Source: Escherichia coli
GTDB lineage: Bacteria; Pseudomonadota; Gammaproteobacteria; Enterobacterales; Enterobacteriaceae
Strand: one strand, 5' to 3'
Assembly (NCBI RefSeq): GCF_003790525.1
Contig: NZ_CP033635.1
Length of the DNA: 64,000 bases
The translations under genes were made by a program, and so were the position numbers. The notes below the pieces were generated by a model. It searched no databases, was not told where the DNA came from, and saw nothing but the letters and a program-made list of their open reading frames with translations. Numbering within the stretch: position 1 is the stretch's first letter; each line of letters starts with the position of its first letter. Shown in pieces: positions 28,107-41,084 of the stretch.

Positions 28107-29051
28107 ATGAAGCTTAAGAACACCCTCCTGGCGTCGGCACTGCTTTCTGCTACGGCATTCTCCGTTAACGCAGCAACAGAACTGACACCGGAGCAAGCGG
28201 CAGCGGTTAAACCTTTTGACCGTGTAGTGGTTACCGGTCGTTTTAATGCTATTGGCGAAGCGGTGAAAGCCGTTTCTCGTCGCGCAGATAAAGAAGGTGC
28301 CGCCTCTTTTTATGTTGTCGACACTTCTGATTTTGGTAACAGCGGTAACTGGCGTGTGGTCGCTGACCTCTATAAAGCCGATGCTGAAAAAGCAGAAGAA
28401 ACAAGTAATCGCGTAATTAACGGTGTTGTCGAACTGCCGAAAGATCAGGCTGTTCTGATTGAACCGTTTGACACGGTCACCGTCCAGGGCTTCTATCGTA
28501 GCCAGCCAGAAGTCAATGATGCCATCACCAAAGCAGCAAAAGCGAAAGGTGCCTACTCTTTCTACATCGTTCGTCAAATCGATGCCAACCAGGGCGGCAA
28601 CCAGCGTATTACTGCATTCATCTATAAAAAAGATGCTAAGAAACGTATCGTCCAGAGCCCGGATGTGATCCCGGCAGATTCCGAAGCAGGACGTGCAGCT
28701 CTGGCTGCCGGTGGCGAAGCTGCGAAGAAAGTTGAGATCCCGGGGGTTGCGACTACCGCATCACCAAGTTCTGAAGTCGGTCGCTTCTTTGAAACCCAGT
28801 CATCAAAAGGCGGGCGTTACACCGTCACGCTCCCGGATGGCACTAAAGTCGAAGAACTGAACAAAGCGACCGCAGCGATGATGGTCCCGTTCGACAGCAT
28901 CAAATTCTCTGGCAACTACGGCAACATGACCGAAGTCTCCTATCAGGTTGCGAAACGTGCCGCGAAGAAAGGTGCTAAGTATTACCACATCACCCGCCAG
29001 TGGCAGGAACGTGGTAATAACCTGACCGTCAGCGCAGATCTGTATAAATAA
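28107..29051 (+). CDS. ydgH: Periplasmic DUF1471 (YdgH/BhsA/McbA-family) repeat protein
   Basis: 314 aa from MKLKNTLLASALLSATAFSVNA (signal peptide). Confidence 0.9.
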   Translation: MKLKNTLLASALLSATAFSVNAATELTPEQAAAVKPFDRVVVTGRFNAIGEAVKAVSRRADKEGAASFYVVDTSDFGNSGNWRVVADLYKADAEKAEETSNRVINGVVELPKDQAVLIEPFDTVTVQGFYRSQPEVNDAITKAAKAKGAYSFYIVRQIDANQGGNQRITAFIYKKDAKKRIVQSPDVIPADSEAGRAALAAGGEAAKKVEIPGVATTASPSSEVGRFFETQSSKGGRYTVTLPDGTKVEELNKATAAMMVPFDSIKFSGNYGNMTEVSYQVAKRAAKKGAKYYHITRQWQERGNNLTVSADLYK

Positions 29052-29069
29052 CTATTCAGTTACTCCTAT

Positions 29070-29100
29070 AAGGCGGCTTGATGCCGCCTTTCGCATTTTT
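29070..29100 (+). terminator. ydgH terminator
   Basis: AAGGCGGC-ttgat-GCCGCCTT followed by tcgcaTTTTT. Confidence 0.65.
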
Positions 29101-29236
29101 AGTCACAAATTTCCCCGCGACCATTGCATGCAGACACATCTCTTCGTAAAATCCCGCGCTTCAGTGGCAAACTCCATTTTTATGCGTTTTGCCCTAATAT
29201 TTATTCTTCTTATCACGTTTTAATCACTGGATATCG

Positions 29237-30619
29237 ATGGAAAAGAAACTGGGACTGAGCGCACTCACCGCGCTGGTATTAAGCTCAATGCTGGGCGCGG
29301 GTGTTTTCAGTCTGCCGCAAAATATGGCGGCAGTTGCCAGCCCGGCAGCACTGCTCATCGGCTGGGGTATTACTGGCGCTGGCATTTTATTGCTGGCCTT
29401 TGCCATGCTGATCCTCACGCGCATTCGTCCCGAACTTGACGGCGGTATCTTTACCTATGCCCGCGAAGGGTTTGGCGAGCTAATCGGCTTTTGTTCCGCA
29501 TGGGGATACTGGCTGTGCGCAGTCATCGCCAACGTCTCCTATCTGGTGATCGTTTTTTCCGCGTTAAGCTTTTTTACGGACACGCCGGAATTGCGCCTGT
29601 TTGGCGATGGTAATACCTGGCAATCGATAGTCGGTGCATCGGCTTTATTGTGGATTGTTCACTTTTTGATCCTGCGCGGGGTGCAAACCGCTGCCAGCAT
29701 TAACCTGGTGGCAACACTGGCAAAACTGTTGCCGCTGGGTCTGTTTGTTGTGCTGGCGATGATGATGTTCAAACTGGATACCTTCAAGCTCGACTTCACC
29801 GGACTTGCACTTGGCGTACCCGTTTGGGAACAGGTGAAAAACACCATGCTGATCACCCTGTGGGTTTTCATTGGTGTGGAAGGTGCCGTGGTTGTTTCTG
29901 CGCGTGCGCGTAATAAACGTGATGTTGGCAAAGCGACACTGCTGGCGGTTCTCTCCGCTCTGGGCGTTTACTTGCTGGTAACGCTGCTTTCGCTGGGTGT
30001 GGTGGCACGTCCTGAACTGGCTGAAATTCGTAACCCGTCAATGGCCGGTCTGATGGTGGAAATGATGGGACCATGGGGCGAAATCATCATCGCAGCCGGT
30101 TTGATCGTTTCCGTTTGCGGCGCGTACTTAAGCTGGACCATCATGGCGGCAGAAGTTCCGTTCCTGGCCGCCACTCATAAAGCATTCCCGCGCATTTTTG
30201 CGCGCCAGAACGCACAAGCTGCGCCATCCGCCTCACTGTGGTTGACCAACATCTGCGTGCAAATTTGTCTGGTGCTCATCTGGCTGACCGGTTCCGATTA
30301 CAACACATTGCTGACCATCGCCTCAGAAATGATTCTGGTGCCCTATTTCCTGGTCGGCGCGTTCTTGCTAAAAATCGCAACCCGTCCACTGCATAAAGCG
30401 GTAGGTGTCGGTGCCTGCATTTATGGCTTATGGTTATTGTACGCCTCTGGTCCAATGCACTTGCTGTTATCCGTTGTTCTGTATGCACCGGGGCTGCTGG
30501 TTTTCCTGTACGCGCGTAAAACGCATACCCATGATAATGTACTGAATCGTCAGGAAATGGTGCTGATTGGCATGCTGTTAATTGCCTCAGTTCCGGCGAC
30601 CTGGATGCTGGTGGGATAA
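29237..30619 (+). CDS. ydgI: APC-family amino-acid (arginine:ornithine-type) antiporter
   Basis: 460 aa, 12-13 TM. Confidence 0.9.
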   Translation: MEKKLGLSALTALVLSSMLGAGVFSLPQNMAAVASPAALLIGWGITGAGILLLAFAMLILTRIRPELDGGIFTYAREGFGELIGFCSAWGYWLCAVIANVSYLVIVFSALSFFTDTPELRLFGDGNTWQSIVGASALLWIVHFLILRGVQTAASINLVATLAKLLPLGLFVVLAMMMFKLDTFKLDFTGLALGVPVWEQVKNTMLITLWVFIGVEGAVVVSARARNKRDVGKATLLAVLSALGVYLLVTLLSLGVVARPELAEIRNPSMAGLMVEMMGPWGEIIIAAGLIVSVCGAYLSWTIMAAEVPFLAATHKAFPRIFARQNAQAAPSASLWLTNICVQICLVLIWLTGSDYNTLLTIASEMILVPYFLVGAFLLKIATRPLHKAVGVGACIYGLWLLYASGPMHLLLSVVLYAPGLLVFLYARKTHTHDNVLNRQEMVLIGMLLIASVPATWMLVG

Positions 30620-30655
30620 CGTTCATCCCATCGTTGGATAGCAAAGGAGATAACG

Positions 30656-31378
30656 ATGGGTAAAGCCCAACCCTTGCCAATATTAATTACTGGCGGTGGT
30701 CGTCGCATCGGCCTCGCCCTCGCATGGCATTTCATTAATCAAAAGCAACCGGTGATTATCAGCTATCGGACGCACTATCCCGCCATTGATGGACTTATTA
30801 ACGCAGGTGCGCAGTGTATTCAGGCTGATTTTTCGACCAACGACGGTGTGATGGCGTTTGCCGATGAAGTACTAAAAAGCACCCATGGCCTGCGTGCTAT
30901 TTTGCATAACGCCAGCGCGTGGATGGCAGAAAAACCAGGTACATCACTGACCGACGTACTGGCTTGCATGATGCAGATCCACGTTAATACCCCATACCTA
31001 CTCAACCATGCACTGGAAAGATTACTGCGTGGGCACGGACACGCCGCCAGCGATATCATTCACTTTACCGATTATGTGGTGGAGCGCGGTAGCGACAAAC
31101 ATATTGCCTATGCTGCAAGCAAAGCGGCACTGGATAATATGACCCGCTCGTTTGCCCGCAAGCTGGCACCGGAAGTGAAAGTGAATTCTATTGCGCCATC
31201 GCTAATCCTGTTTAATGAACATGATGATGCCGAATATCGACAACAGGCGCTGAATAAATCACTGATGAAAACCGCGCCTGGCGAGAAAGAAGTGATCGAC
31301 CTGGTCGATTACTTACTTACCAGCTGCTTTGTCACCGGACGCAGTTTCCCTCTTGATGGCGGTCGTCATCTGCGTTAA
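30656..31378 (+). CDS. folM: Dihydromonapterin / dihydrofolate reductase (SDR family)
   Basis: 240 aa with TGGGRRIG Rossmann motif and YAASKAAL catalytic motif. Confidence 0.9.
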   Translation: MGKAQPLPILITGGGRRIGLALAWHFINQKQPVIISYRTHYPAIDGLINAGAQCIQADFSTNDGVMAFADEVLKSTHGLRAILHNASAWMAEKPGTSLTDVLACMMQIHVNTPYLLNHALERLLRGHGHAASDIIHFTDYVVERGSDKHIAYAASKAALDNMTRSFARKLAPEVKVNSIAPSLILFNEHDDAEYRQQALNKSLMKTAPGEKEVIDLVDYLLTSCFVTGRSFPLDGGRHLR

Positions 31379-31710
31379 TGCAGCTTTATCCAGCATATAA
31401 TCAACACCCATGCGCTTATCCCCCAACACGCAACAGAACCAACAAAAGCGGCGGGCAAGCGCATCATTCCGGTGAAATACCACAGCGACGCCAGGTAAAC
31501 AAAATAGGGAATAATCGACCACATACTAAAAATGATGGTTGCGCGTAAGGCTTCAATGCCGCGTTCGCTGGCAACAATATAATGCGCGATAAGCGCAAAG
31601 GTCGGGAAAAGTGGAATCAGCCCGGCGATATAATAATTTTTCGTTTTTGCTAAAACACCAATCAACAGCACTACCAGCGCACCGAGCGCGGCTTTGATTA
31701 CCAGCCCCAT
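31375..31710 (-). CDS. ydgC: GlpM-family inner-membrane protein
   Basis: 111 aa, 4 TM. Confidence 0.9.
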   Translation of the reverse strand: MGLVIKAALGALVVLLIGVLAKTKNYYIAGLIPLFPTFALIAHYIVASERGIEALRATIIFSMWSIIPYFVYLASLWYFTGMMRLPAAFVGSVACWGISAWVLIICWIKLH

Positions 31711-31838
31711 CTTTTTACCTTAACACTTCCATAACAAGTCATCAGTAGAATACCTGATGAAACCTTGTTTAGAAACGATTGATAGTAAGTAAAAACAGTG
31801 CGGTGTATTGTGACGTTTTTATATCTACCGTGAATGTT

Positions 31839-32558
31839 ATGAACACTATCGTATTTGTGGAAGATGATGCGGAAGTCGGTGCACTGATTGCCGCATACCT
31901 GGCAAAACATGATATGCAGGTTACCGTAGAGCCGCGCGGCGACCGGGCCGAAGAAACTATTCTGCGAGAAAATCCGGATTTGGTGTTACTCGACATCATG
32001 CTACCAGGCAAGGACGGCATGACCATTTGTCGTGATTTACGCGCAAAGTGGTCCGGACCGATTGTTCTTCTAACCTCTCTCGATAGCGATATGAACCACA
32101 TCCTGGCACTGGAAATGGGCGCCTGCGACTATATTCTCAAAACGACGCCCCCTGCTGTTTTGCTAGCGCGTTTACGTTTGCATTTGCGTCAGAATGAGCA
32201 AGCCACAGTGACCAAAGGTATTCAGGAAACGTCTCTGACTCCCTACAAAGCCCTGCATTTCGGCACGTTGACCATCGATCCCATCAACCGCGTAGTCACC
32301 CTGGCTAACACTGAAATCTCGCTCTCGACAGCTGATTTCGAATTATTGTGGGAATTAGCTACCCATGCCGGGCAAATCATGGACCGCGATGCATTGCTGA
32401 AAAATTTACGCGGCGTCAGTTATGACGGTCTGGATCGTAGCGTGGACGTGGCTATTTCGCGGTTAAGAAAAAAACTGCTCGATAACGCCGCAGAACCTTA
32501 TCGTATTAAAACCGTGCGTAACAAAGGCTATCTTTTTGCGCCTCATGCGTGGGAATAA
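31839..32558 (+). CDS. rstA: OmpR-family response regulator
   Basis: 239 aa from MNTIVFVEDD. Track ORF has a 20-codon extension. Confidence 0.95.
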   Translation: MNTIVFVEDDAEVGALIAAYLAKHDMQVTVEPRGDRAEETILRENPDLVLLDIMLPGKDGMTICRDLRAKWSGPIVLLTSLDSDMNHILALEMGACDYILKTTPPAVLLARLRLHLRQNEQATVTKGIQETSLTPYKALHFGTLTIDPINRVVTLANTEISLSTADFELLWELATHAGQIMDRDALLKNLRGVSYDGLDRSVDVAISRLRKKLLDNAAEPYRIKTVRNKGYLFAPHAWE

Positions 32559-32561
32559 GCG

Positions 32562-33863
32562 ATGAAAAAACTGTTTATCCAGTTTTACCTGTTATTGTTT
32601 GTCTGCTTCCTTGTGATGTCTCTGCTGGTCGGGCTGGTGTACAAATTTACCGCCGAACGCGCAGGCAAACAGTCGCTGGATGATTTGATGAACAGTTCGC
32701 TGTATCTGATGCGCAGCGAATTGCGTGAGATCCCCCCACACGACTGGGGTAAGACGCTGAAAGAGATGGATTTAAATCTCTCTTTCGATCTGCGTGTCGA
32801 GCCGCTGAGTAAATACCATCTTGATGATATTTCCATGCACCGGCTGCGTGGCGGCGAAATTGTCGCTCTGGACGATCAGTACACCTTTTTGCAACGTATC
32901 CCGCGCAGCCACTACGTGCTGGCAGTTGGTCCTGTTCCTTATCTTTATTACCTCCATCAGATGCGATTACTGGATATCGCCCTGATCGCTTTTATTGCTA
33001 TTTCCCTCGCCTTTCCGGTGTTTATCTGGATGCGTCCGCACTGGCAGGATATGTTAAAACTGGAAGCAGCGGCGCAACGATTTGGCGATGGGCATCTCAA
33101 TGAACGTATCCACTTTGATGAGGGTTCGAGCTTTGAACGACTTGGTGTTGCATTTAACCAGATGGCGGACAATATCAACGCCTTGATTGCCAGCAAAAAA
33201 CAGCTTATTGACGGTATCGCTCACGAACTGCGAACACCGTTAGTGCGCCTGCGTTATCGACTGGAGATGAGCGATAACCTGAGCGCCGCCGAATCCCAGG
33301 CGTTGAACCGCGATATCAGTCAACTTGAAGCTTTAATTGAAGAGCTTCTGACTTATGCCCGACTCGATCGCCCACAAAATGAGCTTCATCTTAGCGAACC
33401 AGACCTGCCGTTGTGGCTGTCAACGCATCTGGCAGATATTCAGGCAGTAACGCCCGATAAAACGGTACGGATAAAAACGCTCATGCAAGGCCATTATGCG
33501 GCGTTGGATATGCGCTTAATGGAGCGCGTGCTGGATAATTTGCTCAATAACGCCCTGCGCTACTGTCATTCAACGGTTGAAACCAGCCTGCTACTGTCGG
33601 GGAATAGAGCGACATTAATTGTTGAGGATGATGGCCCAGGGATTGCCCCAGAAAACCGCGAACATATCTTTGAACCTTTTGTTCGCCTCGATCCCAGCCG
33701 GGATCGCTCAACCGGCGGCTGCGGGCTGGGGCTGGCAATTGTCCACTCTATAGCACTGGCAATGGGCGGTACGGTTAATTGTGACACCAGCGAACTGGGT
33801 GGTGCCCGCTTCTCGTTTAGCTGGCCGTTATGGCATAACATCCCGCAATTTACCTCTGCCTGA
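32562..33863 (+). CDS. rstB: Sensor histidine kinase
   Basis: 433 aa with 2 TM, HAMP and the H-box IAHELRTPL. Confidence 0.95.
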   Translation: MKKLFIQFYLLLFVCFLVMSLLVGLVYKFTAERAGKQSLDDLMNSSLYLMRSELREIPPHDWGKTLKEMDLNLSFDLRVEPLSKYHLDDISMHRLRGGEIVALDDQYTFLQRIPRSHYVLAVGPVPYLYYLHQMRLLDIALIAFIAISLAFPVFIWMRPHWQDMLKLEAAAQRFGDGHLNERIHFDEGSSFERLGVAFNQMADNINALIASKKQLIDGIAHELRTPLVRLRYRLEMSDNLSAAESQALNRDISQLEALIEELLTYARLDRPQNELHLSEPDLPLWLSTHLADIQAVTPDKTVRIKTLMQGHYAALDMRLMERVLDNLLNNALRYCHSTVETSLLLSGNRATLIVEDDGPGIAPENREHIFEPFVRLDPSRDRSTGGCGLGLAIVHSIALAMGGTVNCDTSELGGARFSFSWPLWHNIPQFTSA

Positions 33864-33905
33864 CACTATGCGCACGGTGGTCAAGTCACCACCATTGTGC
33901 TATAA

Positions 33906-36268
<2,363 letters not shown>

Positions 36269-36381
36269 GGCCTGCTCCTCACCTGATTAATTTTTTCTTT
36301 CTGTTTTGCTTTCGTTAAGCAACTTTTAGCTCACTCATTATTTACTATTTGATAACAAATGTTTGGTCTTTCGTGCCATGT

Positions 36382-36405
36382 AAAAAAACCGCCCCGAAGG
36401 GCGGC
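36382..36405 (-). terminator. fumA Rho-independent terminator
   Basis: Minus strand reads CCGCCC-ttcg-GGGCGG followed by TTTTTTT. Confidence 0.8.
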
Positions 36406-36410
36406 TCTGT

Positions 36411-38057
36411 TTATTTCACACAGCGGGTGCACTGTGTGAGTTGTATCTGCTGGAAGAAGTCATTTCCTTTATCATCCACAAGGATAAATGCCGGGAAATC
36501 TTCCACTTCAATTTTCCAGATGGCTTCCATTCCCAGTTCCGGATATTCAACACATTCCAGGCTCTTAATACTACCCTGCGCCAATACAGCGGCCGGACCA
36601 CCGATACTGCCAAGGTAGAAACCGCCGTGTTTTTTACAGGCATCCGTCACCTGCTGGCTGCGGTTGCCTTTCGCCAGCATGATCATACTTCCTCCCTGCG
36701 CTTGCAGTTGATCGACATAAGAATCCATCCGTCCGGCGGTCGTTGGGCCAAGAGAACCGGAGGCATAACCTTCCGGCGTTTTGGCCGGACCCGCATAGTA
36801 AATCGGATGATCTTTGATGTACTGCGGCAGCCCTTCACCGTTATCCATCCGCTCTTTCAGTTTGGCGTGAGCAATATCACGACCGACGATAATCGTGCCA
36901 TTCAGCGATAAGCGTGTAGAAACGGGATACTGCGACAACTGTGCGAGGATCTCTTTCATCGGACGGTTAAGGTCAACGCGCACCGCTTCGCCTTCTCCCG
37001 CTTTGCGCAGCTCTTCCGGGATATATTTTCCTGGATTATGTTCCAGTTTTTCGATCCAGATCCCCTGACGGTTGATCTTCGCTTTGATATTACGGTCAGC
37101 AGAACAGGAGACGCCCATACCGACCGGGCAGGATGCGCCGTGACGTGGCAGGCGAATCACGCGGATGTCGTGAGCGAAGTATTTACCACCAAACTGCGCA
37201 CCCAGACCAAGATTTTGCGCTTCGATCAGCAATTCTTTTTCCAGTTCCACATCGCGGAACGCCTGTCCGTGCTCATTCCCTTCCGTTGGCAGTTCATCAT
37301 AGTATTTAGCGGAAGCCAGTTTCACCGTTTTAAGGTTCGTTTCTGCAGAAGTTCCACCAATAACGAACGCAATATGATACGGAGGACAGGCCGCCGTACC
37401 CAGCGTGCGCATCTTCTCAACCAGGTAATTTTTCAGTTTCCCCGGCGTTAGTAACGCTTTGGTTTCCTGATACAGATACGTCTTGTTTGCCGAACCGCCA
37501 CCTTTGGCGATACAGAGGAATTTGTACTCGTCGCCATCAACGGCATAAAGATCGATCTGCGCTGGTAGATTGGTGCCGGTATTCACCTCTTTATACATAT
37601 CCAGCGGCGCGTTTTGCGAGTAGCGCAGATTATCTTCGATATAAGTGTTATAGACACCGCGTGCCAGCGCCGCTTCATCACCGCCACCGGTCCATACACG
37701 CTGCCCTTTTTTACCAACAATAATCGCGGTGCCGGTATCCTGACAGGTCGGCAGAATGCCTTTCGCCGCGATGTCGGAGTTACGCAGGAATTGCAGCGCC
37801 ACATATTTATCATTTTCGCTGGCTTCCGGGTCACGCAGAATGTCGGCCACCTGTTGTTGGTGAGCCGGACGCAGCATAAATGACGCATCATGAAACGCTT
37901 GACGCGCCAACAGAGTTAACGCTTCGGGTGCGACTTTCAAAATCTCCTGCCCTTCAAATTCAGATACGCTAACGTGTTCGCTGGTTAGCAGGTAATACTC
38001 AGTATCATCTTTTTTGAGTGGAAAAGGAGCCTGATAATGAAAGGGTTTGTTTGACAT
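36411..38057 (-). CDS. fumA: Class I (Fe-S) fumarate hydratase
   Basis: 548 aa. Confidence 0.95.
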   Translation of the reverse strand: MSNKPFHYQAPFPLKKDDTEYYLLTSEHVSVSEFEGQEILKVAPEALTLLARQAFHDASFMLRPAHQQQVADILRDPEASENDKYVALQFLRNSDIAAKGILPTCQDTGTAIIVGKKGQRVWTGGGDEAALARGVYNTYIEDNLRYSQNAPLDMYKEVNTGTNLPAQIDLYAVDGDEYKFLCIAKGGGSANKTYLYQETKALLTPGKLKNYLVEKMRTLGTAACPPYHIAFVIGGTSAETNLKTVKLASAKYYDELPTEGNEHGQAFRDVELEKELLIEAQNLGLGAQFGGKYFAHDIRVIRLPRHGASCPVGMGVSCSADRNIKAKINRQGIWIEKLEHNPGKYIPEELRKAGEGEAVRVDLNRPMKEILAQLSQYPVSTRLSLNGTIIVGRDIAHAKLKERMDNGEGLPQYIKDHPIYYAGPAKTPEGYASGSLGPTTAGRMDSYVDQLQAQGGSMIMLAKGNRSQQVTDACKKHGGFYLGSIGGPAAVLAQGSIKSLECVEYPELGMEAIWKIEVEDFPAFILVDDKGNDFFQQIQLTQCTRCVK

Positions 38058-38255
38058 TGTTCTCTCACTTACTGCCTGGTTTGGTTATGCTCTGGGCGGG
38101 TGTTCCGTTGCCCTGTTAAAAGCGAGTAACAATATCCTACACACTTTTTTAACAAAAACTGAGACTAGTACGACTTTTTGCGGCTCCAGGTTACTTCCCG
38201 TAGGATTCTTGCTTTAATAGCGGGATTAATTTCCACATTAAAACAGGGATTGATC

Positions 38256-39431
38256 ATGCAAAAACTCATTAACTCAGTGCAAAACTATGCCTGGGGCAGC
38301 AAAACGGCGTTGACTGAACTTTATGGTATGGAAAATCCGTCCAGCCAGCCGATGGCCGAGCTGTGGATGGGCGCACATCCGAAAAGCAGTTCACGAGTGC
38401 AGAATGCCGCCGGAGATATCGTTTCACTGCGTGATGTGATTGAGAGTGATAAAGCGACTCTTTTGGGAGATGCCGTTGCCAAACGCTTTGGCGAACTGCC
38501 TTTCCTGTTCAAAGTATTATGCGCAGCACAGCCGCTCTCCATTCAGGTTCATCCAAACAAACGCAATTCTGAAATCGGTTTTGCCAAAGAAAATGCCGCA
38601 GGTATTCCGATGGATGCCGCCGAGCGTAACTATAAAGATCCTAACCACAAGCCGGAGCTGGTTTTTGCGCTGACGCCTTTCCTTGCGATGAACGCGTTTC
38701 GTGAGTTTTCCGAGATTGTCTCCCTGCTCCAGCCGGTCGCAGGTGCACATCCGGCGATTGCTCACTTTTTACAACAGCCTGATGCCGAACGTTTAAGCGA
38801 ACTGTTCGCCAGCCTGTTGAATATGCAGGGTGAAGAAAAATCCCGCGCGCTGGCGATTTTAAAATCGGCCCTCGACAGCCAGCAGGGTGAACCGTGGCAA
38901 ACGATTCGTTTAATTTCTGAATTTTACCCGGATGACAGCGGTCTGTTCTCCCCGCTGTTGCTGAATGTGGTGAAATTGAATCCTGGCGAAGCGATGTTCC
39001 TGTTCGCTGAAACGCCGCACGCTTACCTGCAAGGCGTGGCGCTGGAAGTGATGGCGAACTCCGATAACGTGCTGCGTGCGGGTCTGACGCCTAAATATAT
39101 TGATATTCCGGAACTGGTTGCCAATGTGAAGTTCGAAGCCAAACCGGCTAACCAGTTGTTGACCCAGCCGGTGAAACAAGGTGCAGAACTGGACTTCCCG
39201 ATTCCTGTGGATGATTTTGCCTTCTCGCTGCATGACCTTAGTGATAAAGAAACCACCATTAGCCAGCAGAGTGCCGCCATTTTGTTCTGCGTCGAAGGCG
39301 ATGCAACGCTGTGTAAAGGTTCTCAGCAGTTACAGCTTAAACCGGGTGAATCAGCGTTTATTGCCGCCAACGAATCACCGGTGACTGTCAAAGGCCACGG
39401 TCGTTTAGCGCGTGTTTACAACAAGCTGTAA
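38256..39431 (+). CDS. manA: Mannose-6-phosphate isomerase
   Basis: 391 aa from MQKLINSVQNYAWGS. Track ORF has a 26-codon extension. Confidence 0.95.
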   Translation: MQKLINSVQNYAWGSKTALTELYGMENPSSQPMAELWMGAHPKSSSRVQNAAGDIVSLRDVIESDKATLLGDAVAKRFGELPFLFKVLCAAQPLSIQVHPNKRNSEIGFAKENAAGIPMDAAERNYKDPNHKPELVFALTPFLAMNAFREFSEIVSLLQPVAGAHPAIAHFLQQPDAERLSELFASLLNMQGEEKSRALAILKSALDSQQGEPWQTIRLISEFYPDDSGLFSPLLLNVVKLNPGEAMFLFAETPHAYLQGVALEVMANSDNVLRAGLTPKYIDIPELVANVKFEAKPANQLLTQPVKQGAELDFPIPVDDFAFSLHDLSDKETTISQQSAAILFCVEGDATLCKGSQQLQLKPGESAFIAANESPVTVKGHGRLARVYNKL

Positions 39432-39531
39432 GAGCTTACTGAAAAAATTAACATCTCTTGCTAAGCTTATTAAAGGCTTATAACACCTTCAGGCGGCCAG
39501 TCCGCCTGATTTCATTTTATGGATAATCATT

Positions 39532-41040
39532 ATGAATAAATCGCTGGTAGCGGTAGGCGTCATTGTTGCGCTAGGCGTAGTCTGGACAGGCGGCGCATGG
39601 TATACAGGCAAGAAGATTGAAACCCATCTCGAAGACATGGTCGCGCAGGCGAACGCGCAACTCAAACTGACCGCTCCTGAATCCAACCTGGAAGTGAGTT
39701 ATCAAAACTATCATCGCGGCGTATTCAGCAGTCAGCTGCAACTGTTGGTGAAACCCATTGCCGGGAAAGAAAATCCGTGGATTAAAAGCGGTCAGAGCGT
39801 CATCTTCAACGAATCGGTTGATCATGGTCCCTTCCCCCTTGCCCAGCTAAAAAAACTGAACCTGCTCCCGTCGATGGCATCAATTCAAACCACGCTGGTT
39901 AATAACGAAGTTAGCAAGCCACTGTTTGATATGGCAAAAGGTGAAACGCCTTTTGAGATTAACTCCCGCATTGGTTACAGCGGAGATTCCAGTTCCGATA
40001 TTTCGCTCAAGCCGCTGAATTACGAGCAAAAGGATGAAAAAGTCGCCTTTAGCGGCGGCGAGTTCCAGTTAAATGCGGACAGAGACGGCAAAGCTATCTC
40101 CCTTTCCGGAGAGGCGCAAAGTGGTCGGATAGACGCAGTTAACGAATACAACCAGAAAGTGCAGTTGACCTTTAATAATCTGAAAACCGACGGTTCCAGC
40201 ACGCTGGCAAGTTTTGGTGAGCGCGTAGGAAACCAAAAACTGTCACTGGAAAAAATGACCATTTCAGTGGAAGGCAAAGAACTGGCACTGCTGGAAGGCA
40301 TGGAGATCAGCGGTAAATCGGATCTGGTCAATGACGGTAAAACGATCAATAGCCAACTGGATTACTCGCTAAACAGCCTGAAGGTACAGAATCAGGATCT
40401 GGGCAGTGGCAAGCTGACTTTAAAAGTCGGCCAGATTGATGGTGAAGCCTGGCATCAGTTTAGCCAGCAATATAACGCGCAAACTCAGGCGCTGCTGGCA
40501 CAGCCAGAAATTGCCAACAATCCCGAACTTTATCAGGAGAAAGTGACGGAAGCCTTCTTTAGCGCCCTGCCGCTGATGTTGAAAGGCGATCCGGTGATTA
40601 CTATCGCGCCGCTAAGCTGGAAAAACAGTCAGGGTGAAAGTGCGCTGAATCTGTCGCTGTTCCTGAAAGATCCGGCAACGACTAAAGAAGCGCCGCAAAC
40701 GCTGACGCAGGAAGTAGATCGTTCGGTTAAATCTCTGGATGCGAAACTGACCATTCCGGTGGATATGGCAACTGAGTTGATGACTCAGGTAGCGAAGCTG
40801 GAAGGTTATCAGGAAGATCAAGCGAAAAAACTGGCGAAACAGCAAGTTGAAGGTGCATCAGCAATGGGGCAGATGTTCCGTCTGACCACCTTGCAGGACA
40901 ATACCATCACCACCAGCCTGCAATATGCTAACGGTCAGATAACGTTAAACGGGCAGAAAATGCCACTGGAAGATTTCGTGGGTATGTTTGCGATGCCGAC
41001 ATTAAACGTTCCGGCTGTACCCGCTATTCCGCAGCAGTAA
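39532..41040 (+). CDS. ydgA: DUF945-family periplasmic/membrane-anchored protein
   Basis: 502 aa with an N-terminal anchor. Confidence 0.9.
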   Translation: MNKSLVAVGVIVALGVVWTGGAWYTGKKIETHLEDMVAQANAQLKLTAPESNLEVSYQNYHRGVFSSQLQLLVKPIAGKENPWIKSGQSVIFNESVDHGPFPLAQLKKLNLLPSMASIQTTLVNNEVSKPLFDMAKGETPFEINSRIGYSGDSSSDISLKPLNYEQKDEKVAFSGGEFQLNADRDGKAISLSGEAQSGRIDAVNEYNQKVQLTFNNLKTDGSSTLASFGERVGNQKLSLEKMTISVEGKELALLEGMEISGKSDLVNDGKTINSQLDYSLNSLKVQNQDLGSGKLTLKVGQIDGEAWHQFSQQYNAQTQALLAQPEIANNPELYQEKVTEAFFSALPLMLKGDPVITIAPLSWKNSQGESALNLSLFLKDPATTKEAPQTLTQEVDRSVKSLDAKLTIPVDMATELMTQVAKLEGYQEDQAKKLAKQQVEGASAMGQMFRLTTLQDNTITTSLQYANGQITLNGQKMPLEDFVGMFAMPTLNVPAVPAIPQQ

Positions 41041-41050
41041 TTCACAGCCA

Positions 41051-41084
41051 AAACGCCGGAGATTTTTCTCTCCGGCGTTTTTTC
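41051..41084. terminator. Bidirectional terminator between ydgA and uidC
   Basis: AAACGCCGGAGA-tttttc-TCTCCGGCGTTT followed by TTT. Confidence 0.8.

Noticed and set aside
28029-28577. 182-aa ORF antisense to ydgH
   Set aside because: Fully overlapped by the conserved ydgH gene on the other strand. It has implausible composition and no RBS.
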